From Rhizodiscina lignyota (lineage: Eukaryota): a DNA stretch of 64,000 bases. Both the position numbers and the translations under genes were made by a program. Positions 24,845 to 36,023 of this stretch are shown piece by piece. The stretch lies in contig ML978126.1 in the NCBI GenBank assembly GCA_010015805.1, forward strand, positions 1,302,001-1,366,000, written 5' to 3'. The notes beneath the pieces were generated by a model. It saw only the letters and a list, made by a program, of their open reading frames with translations, was not told where the DNA came from and made no database searches. The first letter of the stretch is position 1, and each line of letters begins with the position of its first letter.

Positions 24845-26732
24845 TGCCCACTGCCAATCACTTTCTTCTATCTTTCGCTCTCGTGCACTTTGGAGTGTGC
24901 ACCAGTCTGAACCACTTTACCAGTGGAGCCTTGATGGCGTTCTGGGGACGTTGGATACCCACAATACTGTATATTATAAAGACTTGTTGTCAGCGCAACC
25001 GGAAGATCACTTGCCGGAGATCGCTCCTCCAGGACAAGCGGAGACAGCACTACAGCTAGCACGGCAAATGCACCGCGTATTTCGACATTCCTTCTCGTGT
25101 ACAAAACATAATTAGTTTGTGCTGTTCGGCTAACAGCTACCGTCTGTCCCAGAGCTTCGCTAAAAGTCCCTACATATGACCTTGTGCAGACAAGCATTTT
25201 GCCTGCCGAATAACCCTGTGAGCGAATGCAAACTGTTCCTGTGGTCCGTGCAATTTCTAGCTGCCTTCCAGAACGTGGAAGCCACCTCCGCGCTCGCATT
25301 GGGCCGCGTGCCAGCGTGAGTGAGAACTGTGTGGATCATCTTGCCTCCTTTCCCGAGAGCTTTGAAACGTTGCCATTATCAAAATGCCTCAGACACCACT
25401 TCAATTGGCACTGTACCTCGAACGTATCACCACATGACGCGTATATATCTCGCACAACCATCCACTGTCTTATCTCGTGCCGCCGCGAATGTCGACAGTA
25501 GTGACATCCAAACCCTCCATCTCACATCGCGAATGCGCGAGAGACCCATCCTACGCAGTCATCTTCCCACCACTCACGGCAGCTCCCCACCACCTACACC
25601 TGCAGCAGCGGGGCTTCGCAGGCTACCAGCAGCACTACCGAACTCTCCTCTGCGCACGCAGCACACCTGGTCCGTTATCCGCTCACGCTATCCCCGCCGC
25701 CTGGCCTCTTGTCTTGCAACTGACAGCTGCCACTCCTGGTTTTGCCGATAAACTGCAGCACGAACAAGCATTGCCTCTTTACTACTGCAGCAGGACGTGT
25801 GGACACTTGCCCATTGCGGCATTGGCGATGCTCATCAGCGTCGTCGGTCCCTCTTTGCCCGTCGCTTGCAGCGCTCCTCCCCGCTGCCTGCGTGCTTTCC
25901 TCAGCTCCGCTAGCTCTGCGATTCCCATGGGACTGGACGTCTGCAAGTGCTGCGCCGCCTCCGAAGACATGGGTCTGCATTCTCCCACAAAGCTGGAATG
26001 GCCGTCGAGATAACCTAACTACCAGGGCAGTCCCCCTCCAAGTATGTGAATAGCCTCTCCTACCCCCCTGCCTGGACACCTCGGCCTTGCCCGCGTGCTA
26101 CAGTCAGGCACTACGGGTATCGTAGAAAAGCGCGGGTCTTGCCCTTCCTTCGACATTCCTTCCATTTCCCTATCTCAATTTCCTGTTGTGGTTCTCGAAC
26201 TTTTTTCACTCTTTATTTGCGAACCTTGCGTCGCTCCTCGCAATAGATCTGTCCCTGCCGACGGCCCGCTTGAACCAGCATCCACGTCGTCGATCTGTAC
26301 ACAGTTACAGCGAATCCACTGCTCCAGTTTGCCCACTCTCAAGTCGATCGCGACGCGCGTGAGCAATTGACTTTCACGTTCTTGGCCGGATACCAAGCGC
26401 CTTGGCTCCTGTTTGCCCAGCTGTGCCGTATCACACATTGATACGTCGGTCGTTTTGCGCGTGATTTTTATACTCTTCCAGCGCCTCCATTCCAGCAGGT
26501 CTTCCTGGCTTTCTCGCCTTATCTGGCGATATCTGCGGCCAAATACGTCAGTGAGCGGGAAGACACTGCACGACACGCAGGACGGCGTTTCTTTGCTTCC
26601 TCCACAGCAATTGCCTGCGTCAGAATTTGATTTCACCTCTATAAATTCTAGAGGAGCTTTTAGGTGGATTCTGAGATTCGCCACTGAACACGACCCATTT
26701 TTGCCCGTTACATCAGGCACGCGACAAACATC

Positions 26733-27590
26733 ATGGCGTTCATGATCAGGCACCCTCCCCTCATTCCCCCTCCTCTGTACGAACGCGATCCAGAGACGTC
26801 CTCTATCATCTCCGCAGCACCATCATACGTCTCCGATCGTCCTCCAAACTATTCTCACCGCGAACCAGAGGCTACGACCACAAATGCGATCAGCTCTGGC
26901 CCTCCATCGGCAGCAGAAAGCGCAGCAACTCTCGTCGATGACTCTCCCGCGCCACAGCTTTCCCATATCGTCTCAGAGCCCGTGCAGCCGGTGCAGCAGG
27001 GCCTGCCTCCCCTCCGCTACGCGCCTGGCTTTTCAGCGCGAGGAAGAAACGTCAGGGACGTGGAGGCCCACAGCTACAACATTAGCCACTGGTCCAGTGT
27101 CCACACCTCACACGCGGCAAAGCAATACCAGAATGTAGCTGCCCGCCGCACCAGCCAGGCGTCTAGTGCTGCGCTGCTCTCGTCAATGTCTCCGATCTCC
27201 CCGTCGATTTCAGCTAGTTCGATCGCGTCGACCGCGTCCATGTCCTCAACGAACCTCTCGTCGCCAATGACGGCCTCATCATCTTCAATTGCCTCCGAAT
27301 CCTCTCTGCCCCCGCTCAGCCCTCGTGAAGACCCTGCCCTTGTGGGCGAACTGGCTGCGAGCAGGGCCAGGGCACAAAGGCTCTATCGCGAAACGTGCAT
27401 GCGCGGGGAGGAGGGCCGGCGCCACGAAAACAAGACCTGGGACTTTATGCTCGGTCAGATGGCGGACTGGGAGGAGCGGGGAAGGAGCTGGTCGAAGTTC
27501 AGGAGTGAGGTCGCTGGGGGGAAGACCAGGTTGGGTGGGAAGATACTGGGGAGGAAGATTGCGCTGAGTGGGCTGAGGGAGAGGGTGTGA
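26733..27590 (+). CDS. Hypothetical Ser-rich protein with PPxY motifs
   Basis: 285-aa ORF; PPLY, APSY, PPNY; structured-looking tail EDPALVG...WDFMLGQMADWEER; TATAAA at ~26640. Confidence 0.8.
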   Translation: MAFMIRHPPLIPPPLYERDPETSSIISAAPSYVSDRPPNYSHREPEATTTNAISSGPPSAAESAATLVDDSPAPQLSHIVSEPVQPVQQGLPPLRYAPGFSARGRNVRDVEAHSYNISHWSSVHTSHAAKQYQNVAARRTSQASSAALLSSMSPISPSISASSIASTASMSSTNLSSPMTASSSSIASESSLPPLSPREDPALVGELAASRARAQRLYRETCMRGEEGRRHENKTWDFMLGQMADWEERGRSWSKFRSEVAGGKTRLGGKILGRKIALSGLRERV

Positions 27591-28469
27591 CATTGGCTTG
27601 GAGGGTTGACCGCACAAGAGTCACAACATATGCTGCGGTGCTGTTGAACGGCAACTGTTAGACCTAGCATGCGACGGAGTGTCATGCAGGGGAGAAGGAC
27701 GCCAAGAGCATGATGATTATTCATGACCATTATTGATGGCGCGGAATGAAGGACGACGATATGAGCGGATGCCACGAGAACAGGACAACTTCTTTTTTTC
27801 GATATGACGATACAGCCTTTCCGGCTGCACGCGATGGGAGTTCTTTTTCGGACGGTCGGGTACTTCACGGCGAGCATTGGGTATGGTAGCATGTCGGACA
27901 CTTGGCTTCTGGCAAGCTTATTAGATCCAGCTCGATTTACAGCGGAGTGTGTAGCCTTTTTTTCGCGCCTGATCCGCTGTCTAGTAAACGGTAGAATACA
28001 ACATTCACCTGCGTCTGGGCCAAATAACTTCCAGTAACAATAAGAAGAGGAAAAGATGGTGTATAATTTCGAAGAAGCACTTCCGTTCGTGCCGTCAACT
28101 CCATGCTATTTAGTCTCTCCGTCCTTCATCCTCATCTCCTTTGCTTCCAAGATCAAAAAACCTGACTGGTTCAGGTTCACTTTCTCCGTACTCATTTCCA
28201 TCGCGCAAGTTCACCATCCATTTCCTCCTTTCGGACCGTTATCGAACGGCTCAACTGAAGCCATCTCATAATAGAATTGAAGCTCAAGCTGTATCCGTAA
28301 GCTGTATGCTGAAGGAGTCTGCTGGATTGAAGGGAAACTTAGTCCACACGTATGAGCCGCAAAATGAGCAGCGGCGTATAATCGAGTTAAAGCTCGACCT
28401 CTATATGCACGCTGGGAGACGGGTGTGAGTACTAAATTAAACTAACACTCGAGCTGCGCGTGCAAATTA

Positions 28470-28593
28470 TAAGTATACACTCTAAAGTACGTATAATCAA
28501 GCTTTCAGAGATGGTCTCACTAATCTTGAAGTGTATGAGATAATCGCCCTCAGTCGTTACAGCTTTGCCGGCGGTGAAATATTTTGTCACCTG
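28470..28593 (+). mobile_element. Degenerate MITE copy F (partial)
   Basis: CAAGCTTTCAGAGATGGTCTCACTAATCTTGAAG core; TATTTTGTCACC TIR at ~28580. Confidence 0.55.
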
Positions 28594-28656
28594 GAGCCAT
28601 GCAGCCGCACATGGACGTCACAAAGGCAGAGATCACAGTGTTCAGCTAATCCTCAA

Positions 28657-30169
28657 TCATATCTTCTCTCCCTCCAAGATGCCCTTTGCTTCCTCACCTC
28701 TCCACCAACTTACGCCCTCCTTTCCTGGGAATTCGAATTGCTCCATGCTCGGCCCCTTCATCTCCACCGAGTATCCCGCCTCCGTTGGCGTGACGTAGTA
28801 ACCGTTCCTCACACTGCTCGGATGCAAAAAGTGCTCATGCAAATGATCCACGTACTCCAGGAGACTCTTCTTCCCGCTCACAACGACGTAGTCGATTGTG
28901 CTGAGGTGTTGCGTGTACTCGGGCAGACCGACACCACCGCTGTGCGGCACAATCGGCACGCCAAACTTCGCGGCCATCAGCATCACCGCAATCGCCTCGT
29001 TTACGCCGCCCAGTCGACATGCATCAATCTGGCACACGTCGATCGCACCGGCCTGCAGCAATTGCTTAAAAATGACTCGGTTCTGGCACATCTCACCCGT
29101 TGCGACGCCAATGCCATACGGTTTCAACGCATCCCTGACGGCCTTGTGCCCCAGCACATCATCCGGGCTCGTCGGCTCTTCGATGAACCACGGCTTAAAG
29201 TCCTTTAACTCTTTCATGTACTCGATCGCCTCCGGCACGCTCCACACCTGGTTCGCGTCGACCATCAGCACGTTCCCCTTGTCGTACCCGATGACGTCGC
29301 GCGCGATGCCGAGCCGCTTCTTGTCGACATCCACGCTCGAGCCGACCTTCAGCTTGAAGTGGCGGTACCCCTTCGCCAGCGTCTCCTGCAGCAGCGCGCG
29401 CATCTTGTCCTCGCCGTAGCCCAGCCAGCCCGCGGACGTCGTGTACGCGGGCACAGCCTGCGAGTTCTCGGCGTCCTGGATTCTCTGCGCCTTCGTCTTC
29501 TCCTGCTCCTTCAGCAGCGCGACCGCCTCGTCGGGCGTGATCGCGTCGAGGATGTAGCGGAAGTCGATGCAGCGCACCACCTCTTCCGGCGACATCTCCG
29601 CGACGACGCGCCAGACCGGCTTGTTGAGCGTCTTGGCCCACAGGTCCCAGAGGGCGTTGACGACGGCGCCGAGCGCGAGGTGGATCACGCCTTTCTCGGG
29701 CCCGATCCAGCGCAGCTGACTGTCGGCGACGAGGTATCGCCATGTTGCGCCCCAATTCGAGGTTAGCTCGTCGAGGGATTTGTTCAGGATGCGGTTGGCG
29801 AGGTGGGGGATGGCGGCGCAGACGGTGTCGTTCCCACGGCCGATGGTGAAAGTCTGTAAGGTTGGGGAAGGAGAGTCAGCTCTGATCTTAATTGTGGGGG
29901 TCGTGTCTTCGCGTGCTGCTCGCTATGGAATAGTGCAGATGTATAAGAGGAGCACTCGTACCATTCCATGGCCTGTGAAATCCGTGTCCGTATAGAGGAT
30001 GCAGTACGCAGATGAGTAGTCGCCAGCAGCGTTCATGGCATCGGAGCCAGTCTTGTCGAGGGATGTCTGAGGAATATTGTCAACGGAAAGATTCAATTGC
30101 TTTCGAGAAGAGAATTATACATACAGGAAATCTAACATCCCTCGTCTCGAATCTCGTGATAGTAACCAT
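28657..30169 (-). CDS. lgd1: Enolase-superfamily dehydratase, L-galactonate dehydratase / ENOSF1 type; introns 30067-30124 and 29854-29961
   Basis: DVRFP|TSLDKTGSDAMN, FTIGRGN, WIGPEKGVIHLA, KLKVG, VDANQ, IEEP, ATGE, PHSGGVGL. Confidence 0.88.
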
Positions 30170-30954
30170 GATGGACAGAAATCAATTGGAGTGACTTGAG
30201 ATCATTCAGAGCAGAGAATATGAAGAAATCAACGTATATGACAGTATATGAGGCACAATTGAATCTCTGAAAATATGGCTAAACTGCACAATTGGGTGTT
30301 TGGCCCTGCATATAAAGAAAAGCCCGCATAGTCCGTGACGCGAAGTCATCGTGCAGCTTGAAAGAGAATGCCTGCAATTGGCGGAAGTATTTCACCCGAG
30401 GAAGAGAACGGCGGAAAAGGTTTGAAGCTTGCAAGCGTCGGCGAAACTCCCGAAGAAAAATGATCATCAGGCACACGACTTGGTTAGGTAAGCGGAAATA
30501 TCGCACATCTAGAGCCGCAAAGCAGCCTTGTGCAAGAAATTGTTGGGATGCGTTCGTTTAGTGATGTTGCAATGGATTGAACCAGTCAGGTTATGAAACC
30601 TGCCAGAGCAGTTCTTCAGGCACAGGTAGTGAAAGTCTTTCGGCCATCATTTTGGAAGTGAAAGCAGTCTTTTCCGATAATCTACAGAAGTAAAAGAAAG
30701 CAAATCGGTAGAGTGCTTTCGATACTCATATCTATGCTGCAATGCACGCAGTCGTAAGCGGACGTCCAGTGTGAATTCGCCTTTATCGGGTCCTTCGAAA
30801 AGTCAAATTGCTTCAAACCGCCGTACGCCTATATCCCGTGGCCAAGTGAAAGCATGATGGCCAAACCCTTAATGTGTGTGGTTTCTTCCATATTGGAATT
30901 GAACTTATGCATCGCTCCAGGCAAGCCTTCTTCCTTCTCCCCTATCCTAGATCC

Positions 30955-33122
30955 TTAAGCTACACCTTCAAAGCTTGGATCTTTGACACTGCCACCAGCG
31001 TCGCCGAGTCCAGCTACTGGCCTGTTATAGCTCCATCCAGCGAATTGCTGCTGCATCGTTTGGCTCAGCATTGGACCTTCAACGTAGCTGTCCGTTGGAG
31101 GCTCGGCTGTGAACTCGCGATCGAAGTTTGCAGTGTCGCGTGCATCCACCTGAACATATCATTAGCAATGTGAAATTGACGCTTGGGATTGAGATGTACA
31201 TACCACACTGGGCTTGAAGCTCGGCTCATACTTGCGATCTAGCAACTTTCTCCAGTCGATGCTGTGGAAGAAGTAGTGCGCCTTGATCTCTGCTGCGCCA
31301 TTGACGCCCAGACGCCTCTTCGGGTCGCGGTCGAGAAGTCTTGAGAGAAGATCGCGGGCTGCGGGTGGCACTAGACCAGGCTGGTTGTCGTGGAAATGCA
31401 GTGGCTCGCTAATGATCTTGCGATACATTTCATTGGTATTCTCGTCATAGAAGGGTGGTAGACCAGTCAACATCTCGTAGAGCAGTACACCAAGAGTCCA
31501 CCAGTCGACAGTCTTATCGTAGCCACCGTTCATCAAGAGTTCAGGAGCAAGGTATTCGGGAGTACCACAGAATGCTGTACATTACGTTAGTCCATGTGAA
31601 AGTATGTCCAATCAAGGGTCCCTACTGTTCGTCCTGTCTCCATCACCCATGTTCAATTTGCAGAGACCGAAATCGCAGAGGGCAATGTGGCCAGTGTAGT
31701 CGAGCAGAATATTCTCGGGCTTGAGATCACGGTAGATGACGTTGAAGCCATGCAAACACTCCAGAGCGCACAACAGTTCGGCGGTGTAGAATCGAGCACG
31801 GTTGATATCGAAGCGTTGCTCCTTTTGCAGATGGTGGAACAGTTCACCTCCATTGACGAACGCAAGGACGAGGTAGAGCTTTTCGGGTGACTGGAAAGAG
31901 AACTTGAGAGGAACGATGAACGGATTGTTAATCTGGGCGAGAACGGAGCGCTCGGCGAGGGTGTGGGCAACTTCCGAGCGGGAGATGATGTGAGCTTTGC
32001 GGATAGTCTTGAGAGCGTAGATTCGGTGGGTGTCCCGCTTCCTGTAAATGGTCAGGTTCGGAAATTAAAAGTTTTGCTGTATGCAGATGTACGTACTGCA
32101 CTTGCATGACCTTTCCGAAGCTTCCCTTCCCGACCACCTTCAAAAGGTCAAAGTCATCGATGGACAGGGACTTCTGCCTGTTCTCGACGAACTCGACGCC
32201 AACTTTGACATTGCCCGTGCCGTTCTGGACTTCAATCCACTCTGATCCTGCTTGACCCAAAGACTTGTCTTGTTCTGTCCCGTTCTTCTCCTTCTTGCCT
32301 GCCTTTCCGTCTTCGCTGTGTGCTCTTACTTCTTCGAATCTCGGAACGATCTTGATCGATCCGATGAATATGTCTTGGCTTCGTCCGGCGCTCGGCGGGG
32401 CGTTGGGATTGCGAATGTACAACGAAATATCGAGGTCCGTTGTACGCGAAACATCAAACTTGTACTGTGTGTTGTCACCCGCCCACAGTGGGTTCTCCGG
32501 GTTGCCAGACACAGCATTGATGAAGACTTGTTGCTTGTCAAAGTCGAGAAGGGCGTACGGAAGGTACCTCGAAGAGTAGCGGCCGTGGACGGTGGGTGCA
32601 GAATTGATCAATCCCGCGGCAGACTGCGGACGGCCACCTGAATATGAGCCAGATACGCCAGATTGGCCTCGAGAATCTGGTCGACTCGATGGGAGAAAGC
32701 CGCCACCGGTAGAATGTGAGCTGCCATGACGAGGCTGCGTGAAGGCCTTCTCTGCTCCCGCGGGTAGCGAGAATCCTCTTCCTTCATGGAGAGTGACTAT
32801 GAGAATTCCTGGCTTGCGCGGAGGTTGAGGAGGGTTGGCGTTTTCTTCTGACGCGGCTAGTGGGGTCAGTTGATGCTTCGGTCACAACAACGCGTGTTTA
32901 CCAACCTATGCCATTCGGGTCTTTGGAGTCAGTGACAGTCGTGCTTGAAGCCGTGCTCGATGCAGGCTTGGGAGAGTCTCCAACAATTGTGGAGGTGGAG
33001 GAAGAACGACTGAAGGTGTTGGCTAAGGGAGCGAGATGCGTCTCCTTGAGTTCTGTCTAGCTATCAGCATGAGCCAGTGACGTGAGCAAGGCCAACCGAC
33101 TTTTTGTAAGCTTCCACGACAT
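30955..33122 (-). CDS. YPK1: AGC kinase Ypk1/Gad8; introns 33053-33100, 32857-32905, 32042-32096, 31575-31625, 31150-31203
   Basis: MSWKLTKKLKETHL start, C2-like region, GKGSFGKV, TFCGTPEYLAPE, hydrophobic motif FAGWSY. Confidence 0.96.
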
Positions 33123-33759
33123 GATGATTCGCTGTGGAGGCCCGGATGTGTGTGGTGTGCGGTGTTGAAGAAGTTGTGGAAGCGGTCAGGGAGAGGGGTA
33201 GGGTATGTACGAGGTAGGAGAAAGTGAAGTGGCTGAGTGAGCGAGGTGACACAGGTAACGAGATTGCAGTTGCTGCTCGCTACGAAGGAGACTGCCAGGA
33301 CACGAGATGCAGAAAGCAATGCAAAGAGCGCGGATAACAGCGCTTATTAAATCTCCTTTCTACATGCGTATTATTGGCGAAAGTTCAGCGGCTGTACGAG
33401 TATTGGGTGGTTATGCGAGGCATCGACTGCGCCTCAGAAAACGCGAAATACACCCTGGGCGGGACATTATTACCGCTACCGCTTCGTTCAAGGTCCGCGA
33501 TTTGTCCACTCAGCATCCAGTAGCGGGTCAGTTACAGCCACTTCGGAGCAGTAGTGTTCAAGAAACTGAACAAACAAATATGGGGAGCCGTGCTATTCAG
33601 TTGCCTCCGGCATCTTCGAAGAAGCTTCTTCCCATCCGCGAGGTTGCATTCGAGGTTGTTAAGAAGTGGCTTGCCTAACCTTCCTCAGAACGTTTACTTC
33701 TCGCTATTAAGGAAAGGGGCGCTACTACAGATCTTATAGGCTCATTGGAAACTAGATCC

Positions 33760-33872
33760 CTCGTATGATTGAGCTCTCAGAGATAGTCTCGCCAATATGA
33801 GGTGTAGGGGATACCCTATTCGTCCTTGGTAAGTCAGATTGGTAGGTAAGTCAGATATTTTATCACCCTCGA
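33760..33872 (+). mobile_element. Degenerate MITE copy G (partial)
   Basis: GAGCTCTCAGAGATAGTCTCGCC core; TATTTTATCACCCTCG TIR; internal 12-bp duplication GGTAAGTCAGAT. Confidence 0.55.
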
Positions 33873-34156
33873 GCCACTCCGCAAGATATTTCAGGCGCAA
33901 AATGGCGAAAGGACAGTGTTCTTCCTTTCAGATATCGCCTATCAAGAGTTACCAAGGTTTTCATGCGCTTTGAGAGAGTAATTCACTAAGCTCTCTCTCC
34001 CGATCTGGGATCTCGTTGCTACACTCCTCACTAATCCAGTAATTCAACTTACAAGGAATCTGATGCCTAACCCCAGACTGAGTATTTAACTCTTCGTTAC
34101 TCGTCCAATTCATTCGGTTCGTCACTTACTTGAAACTTAACTTACCCTTTATTCTT

Positions 34157-34564
34157 CTTGATACCGAACTTCATGTCGATCTTGACATCAACTCAAGATT
34201 GATCCTGACGCCGGAGTGTGGATTGAGCTTCACACAAAAGACGCGTGACAACTCAGGTATTAAGCTTTAATCTTCCTTAATCGATTCCATTTTGACTCAA
34301 GCCACATAGAAGACATTCGATTTCGCTCCATAAGGGTGACCACGGACCTCGATTCTTACCTGCTTCAAATCGGAGCTTGACACGAACTTGATATCGGCCT
34401 TTACGCTTAATTGTGGATCGAGGTTCACACAAAACGGACGTGATAACTTAGGTATAAAACTTCGTTCGATTTCCTTCAATCCGTTCCTTTCTGACTCAAC
34501 CTCAAGCCACACAGAAGATAGTGGATTTCACTCCACAAAGGCGACCGCGGACCTCGATTCCTAC
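34157..34564 (+). repeat. Degenerate ~200-bp tandem duplication (34157-34359 and 34376-34564), each unit containing an intron-like segment
   Basis: TGTGGATTGAGCTTCACACAAAA vs TGTGGATCGAGGTTCACACAAAA; CTCAAGCCACATAGAAGA vs CTCAAGCCACACAGAAGA; GGACCTCGATTCTTAC vs GGACCTCGATTCCTAC. Confidence 0.85.
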
Positions 34565-35713
34565 TCCAAGAAACGTGGAAGCAACCCATCAGCGTGATAC
34601 TTTCCTGCGCATTCAGATCATGCCGGTGGTCCTCCAGAACGAAGAATACGCATATAATGTGTATGGGTGGGCGCTCAAACACAACATTCAAAATAGACGG
34701 AAGTTGCAAGTGATTCGAGGATACAGACAATCATCTACTTCTTCGGTTAAAAGACTCAAGGATGGCACAAGCAGCGATTCAAAGACACCTTTTCGCATAA
34801 ATCTTGGGTTAACAACTGAAGAGATTGCCAAAGGAGACGTATCGGGAGATGTCCATAAGTACCTCATCATTGGGGTAGCAGCAACGGATATCCCTCGCGA
34901 TGATGTTACGAAGGTGCCTTTAGGCGTCAAAGCGAAACCGGTCGGGATTGATGAGCCTGCAGCGGAGACAATCAAAGAAATCAAGGACCACGATGATTCG
35001 CATGGTACACTCGGATTGCTGTATGTTGTGGTGCCTTTGATCATCGAGTCTACTCCTTGAATCAATACGTTCTTCTGGAACCGGAAGCTGGACTGTACCG
35101 ACCATACAAGACAGGTCAGGAGACAACATTCTACTTCGATGAATTCCGCGACGAGTCGAAGACCACAGAGTGGCGTAAGACAAATTGGAATAAGCTGGCC
35201 AAAACGAGCATCCACGATCTGAACTCTGACCTGCCGAAACAGAAGAGCAATCTTCCGTTTACAGGAATCGCGGACCTCAAAAGTGGAACAGGCGCAGGCG
35301 TCAGGTCTATACATGGCGTCTTGCATTCTTTCGAGGAGACCGATAATGACGAAGATCTACCCGGTGACGAAGGTGAAGAGATGGTAATGGGAGAGTGCGA
35401 AGAACAAGAAGATGTATCGTCTGTTGTCCAGGAAATCACCAAACTATGGCCAGAGATCGAGGTGGAAGAGGAGATGATTCGAGAGTTCAAACATGGTCTG
35501 ATCTCTGCCAAACGTGAGCTGGCCTCCCATCAGGCGAGGACTGCATATGCACTACTCTCCAAGATATTCGAACTTGCACAAAGGAACAAGCCAGGCTGGC
35601 AGGAGGAATTGGCGGTCTTGATATTAGACACTACCGATTTGGTCAATCCGACTACCTCGGAATCGCCGTCCTCGGTATCTATCAACGCCTCCAACACAAT
35701 ACTCATGCAGTAA
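34515..35713 (+). pseudogene. Orphan gene, probably disrupted (damaged 5' end, frame change near 35000-35060)
   Basis: Two consecutive coding-like ORFs (34521-35060, 35057-35713) in different frames with no frame-compatible intron found. Confidence 0.45.
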
Positions 35714-36023
35714 TGGAAAAGCTGAGTGGATCGCGGTGTTGGTGAAGATTGTAAAGTACAGTATGAGCATGCACAGAGCTCCGGGGCTTTATTCAAATAG
35801 TACTGCTTTATTAGATGGATTTCGTCAAACCTTCAAAAGATACATAAACAATGGTGCACTGTTAGAAAATTTCTGAAATTCATTAAAGGCCATATAGTAC
35901 AGCTATCTACTGTCACAGAAGCTACGGCAAACTTTTATATGACCCTCGAGGCATCCTCAACGCAGGTATGATTATCTCTAGAAGCACCTTCAACGAATCA
36001 AAGTGTAGCCGAGATACTTCGAC

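Noticed and set aside
25320..26753. Several overlapping 130-190 aa ORFs on both strands
   Set aside because: No recognisable domain or consistent codon bias; explained by GC-rich non-coding sequence.
6687..33122. TIP41 and YPK1, both TOR-linked, in one window
   Set aside because: They are 23 kb apart with unrelated genes between; no sign of clustering.
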